Position numbers and translations under genes: made by a program | From: Moniliella sp. 'wahieum' | Taxonomy: Eukaryota | Direction: 5' to 3' | DNA length: 64,000 nucleotides | Assembly: GCA_003971905.1 (NCBI GenBank) | Contig: RSEE01000016.1 | Span: 62,001-126,000, forward strand | The notes under the pieces: model-generated | Seen by the model: only the letters and a program-made list of their open reading frames with translations | Told to the model about the DNA's origin: nothing | Databases searched by the model: none | Shown here: positions 61,868 through 64,000 of the stretch, piece by piece | Position numbering within the stretch: the stretch's first letter is position 1 | How the letters are laid out: the number at the start of each line of letters is the position of its first letter

Positions 61868-62965
61868 ACGCGTTAAGCCATAACGCGTAACGTTTAATGT
61901 CAACATGTAACAGACATCCGGTGATCGGATCCGCTTTCCCTAGTAACTAGTAACTAATAACAGGTGACCGGTGACTGGTGACGCGGTGACGCTTGAAGCT
62001 TGAAGCTTGATGCATGATGCATGATGCAGACGCGGGACTAGTGACCAGTGAGTGACTTGCGATGTGTGGCCCCACGTGGTCGGGACCGCGGGACCGGCGA
62101 TAAATTCACGATTTGATGGACGAGAATCTGAGGCGCTGAGGCTGCTGGGCAAGGCCAACCCTTCATGGCGTGGGGCCAGACATTTGATTGGTCCGAATTG
62201 TGGTCCGGACATTTGAGATGTTGTGGCTTGACGTAGTGGGCCAGAGTGAACCAGGTGAGGGCGTTGCGGAGTTTGCCTCCTCTGGCAAGTACCAAGTTAG
62301 CGGGTAGCATCAATGTTAAAGAGCGTTGGCCCAGTGCGCTACCGATGTTTGGCGCCTATGTATGGGCCAGAGCCCCCACCGGTGATGCGTGCGAGCTCTG
62401 TCTGTCATCGGTGTCACCGTGTCACCAGGCACCGGTCACCTGTCACCAAGTACACAGACCGGAGACAGCGCCCAGAACATTGATCATCGACCAAACCACG
62501 TGGTACAATATAACCCAAAGTAACCGGTGACTACTGAGTACTGAGTACTGATTAAATTACTGATTAATGATTAAGTCGATTAAGCTTAAGCTTTAAGGAT
62601 TAACGATTCGTGACGCGTGACCCATGTTTCGGGACAAGCAGGGTGCGTCAGGCGTCACTCGTCACGCATGTATGGTCTCAGATGTGGTTCACCCGGTGAG
62701 CGCTCAGTGAGCTCAGCGCTCAGCCGGAAACGGTTACATGCAAGTCATGCACTGCTGCAGATGCATCATGCATCACCTGCATCAACATCATACGCTCCAT
62801 GCATTCTCCACACCATACCCATACATCACATGCATCACACATCAGCCACCCCAACCTATCTGACCGCAACGCTGGTCCCCATCGCCACGGATGGAGCTGA
62901 GGAAGGGAGCAGATGGTAGGGCCAGCCATCAGGCCTGAGTCAGGCCTCAGGCCCAGGCCTCAGGA
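61868..62965. repeat. Largest cluster of 7-bp TGA/TAA/TCA+palindromic-core arrays
   Basis: About 16 near-contiguous heptamers at 61940-62051; further arrays at 62405-62448, 62521-62620, 62697-62724, 62759-62790 and 62929-62964. Confidence 0.9.
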
Positions 62966-63125
62966 GTGCCGCGGCTGAGCCCCTCATCGCTTCTGTGGGC
63001 AACTCGAAGCGATCGATGGGCATGGTTGTCTGGTTATTATAACCCGGCCATTCTGCTTCCAGCAGCGTTCGCGCCCAACTTTGGCCCTTCACCATCTTTG
63101 CCCCTTCTGTCAGCTGCGGCCAGCA

Positions 63126-64000
63126 TGCAAGCCCAGGCCTACCCGGCGCCCTGCGCGCCGCGCAAACTTCCGCTCCCCAGCGACAGCGATCCAAGCGGCC
63201 CTCCTACTCCCTCCGACCACACCACGCCCTTCTACCTGCAGCGCAAGCCCCTCGTCCAGTCCAGCGATGCCCAGCCCTGGTCGCGTTCTTATGCCCCAGA
63301 CGCTATTGCGTTTCGCGGAAAGAGCCCTGACGAGCAGCAAATTGAACACCTGCGCACTATGCTCGCCCACATTGCTCCTGACGGTACGTGTCCCTATGAC
63401 CCTTACCCGGTCACGCCTTTACAAAATTCTGACAACGTCCGCTTTCTGCCCATAGGCCACCAAGCGACGTCATACAATTATTACCAAACGACCCCACGGA
63501 CATAACCGTGCCGGGTACGAACGCCGCGAGTGGAAGTTAGCCAGCCGCAACGCGTCTACGCCCTCGGTCGAGGCGTGCAACGCTGATGTCGAGGTGATCG
63601 AGACACTAGACGAGGGGTGGCGGGCAAACCTCTGGTGCAGACTCCCATCAGCTCGTCCATCATGGCGACGGAAGCGATGCCAAAGTTGTTTCCAACCTTT
63701 CTGCCGTCGACGTACAGTTCCTCGTGTCCAACCAAGAGCCCATCCCGCCCTCGTCGGAGGAGTTACGTGACCGGATTGTTAAGCAGCATCGGTTCCTCAG
63801 TCAGCGCATCGAGCCTGGTGCCAAGCCACGCAAGCGCACGAGAACCCACCTGCCGTTGACAAAGCCATCCGGGCTCGATTCAAACCTATTGGCCCGAAGA
63901 GGAGCAAGCCCGCCTCGCTGCCCTCCAGGTGCAAGTCGACAGCGTGATGGAGCAGAGCGTTGTGCGTGGCGTCGTTGTCCTCGAGAAGAGAGGCTTTGTG
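63126..64000 (+). CDS. Hypothetical protein, 5' part (runs off the window)
   Basis: MQAQAYPAPCAPRKLPLPSDSDP... ORF; probable intron 63384-63456 (GTACGT...CTGAC...TAG); coding-like continuation with frameshifts. No recognisable domain. Confidence 0.45.

Noticed and set aside
61940..62620. CRISPR array interpretation of the repeats
   Set aside because: Units are 7 bp with no 25-45 bp repeat/spacer structure, there are no cas genes, and the DNA is eukaryotic.
58746..62965. Synthetic polylinker or vector contamination (many 6-cutter sites such as HindIII, NsiI, ScaI, ClaI, MluI, SpeI, StuI, BglII, AgeI)
   Set aside because: Sites are tandemly repeated, degenerate, almost all of the A....T class, and scattered through many native intergenic regions with no vector sequence.

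Overview
Eukaryotic, GC-rich, gene-dense fungal genomic DNA. Short GT-AG introns with CTRAC branch points and the gene content suggest a basidiomycete, probably Ustilaginomycotina (inference). About 25 protein-coding loci and one intron-containing tRNA-Leu(AAG) gene are visible. Recognisable genes: a GH16 glucanase, ARG4, an IRC3-like helicase, RPF2, a bHLH factor, GEP4, HSH49/SF3B4, a GID8-like protein, CDC42, TRAPPC11, a DSF2-like Sel1 protein, APS2, BDP1, a GH20 hexosaminidase, a PRCC-like protein, DOP1, HIS1, an M50/site-2 protease and an FHA protein. Almost every CDS is broken by 1-4 nt deletions, often in homopolymers. This looks like unpolished long-read assembly error rather than pseudogenisation, so gene ends are approximate. 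The most striking unexplained structure is a 7-bp-periodic grammar in intergenic/promoter DNA: TGA (or TCA/TAA/TTA) followed by a 4-bp palindromic core, repeated in phase while the core changes (CTAG, CCGG, CGCG, AGCT, TGCA, GTAC, TCGA, GATC, GGCC, TTAA, GCGC, CATG). It is densest at 39.2-40.7 kb and 58.6-63.0 kb. No CRISPR array, rRNA or intact transposon was seen.
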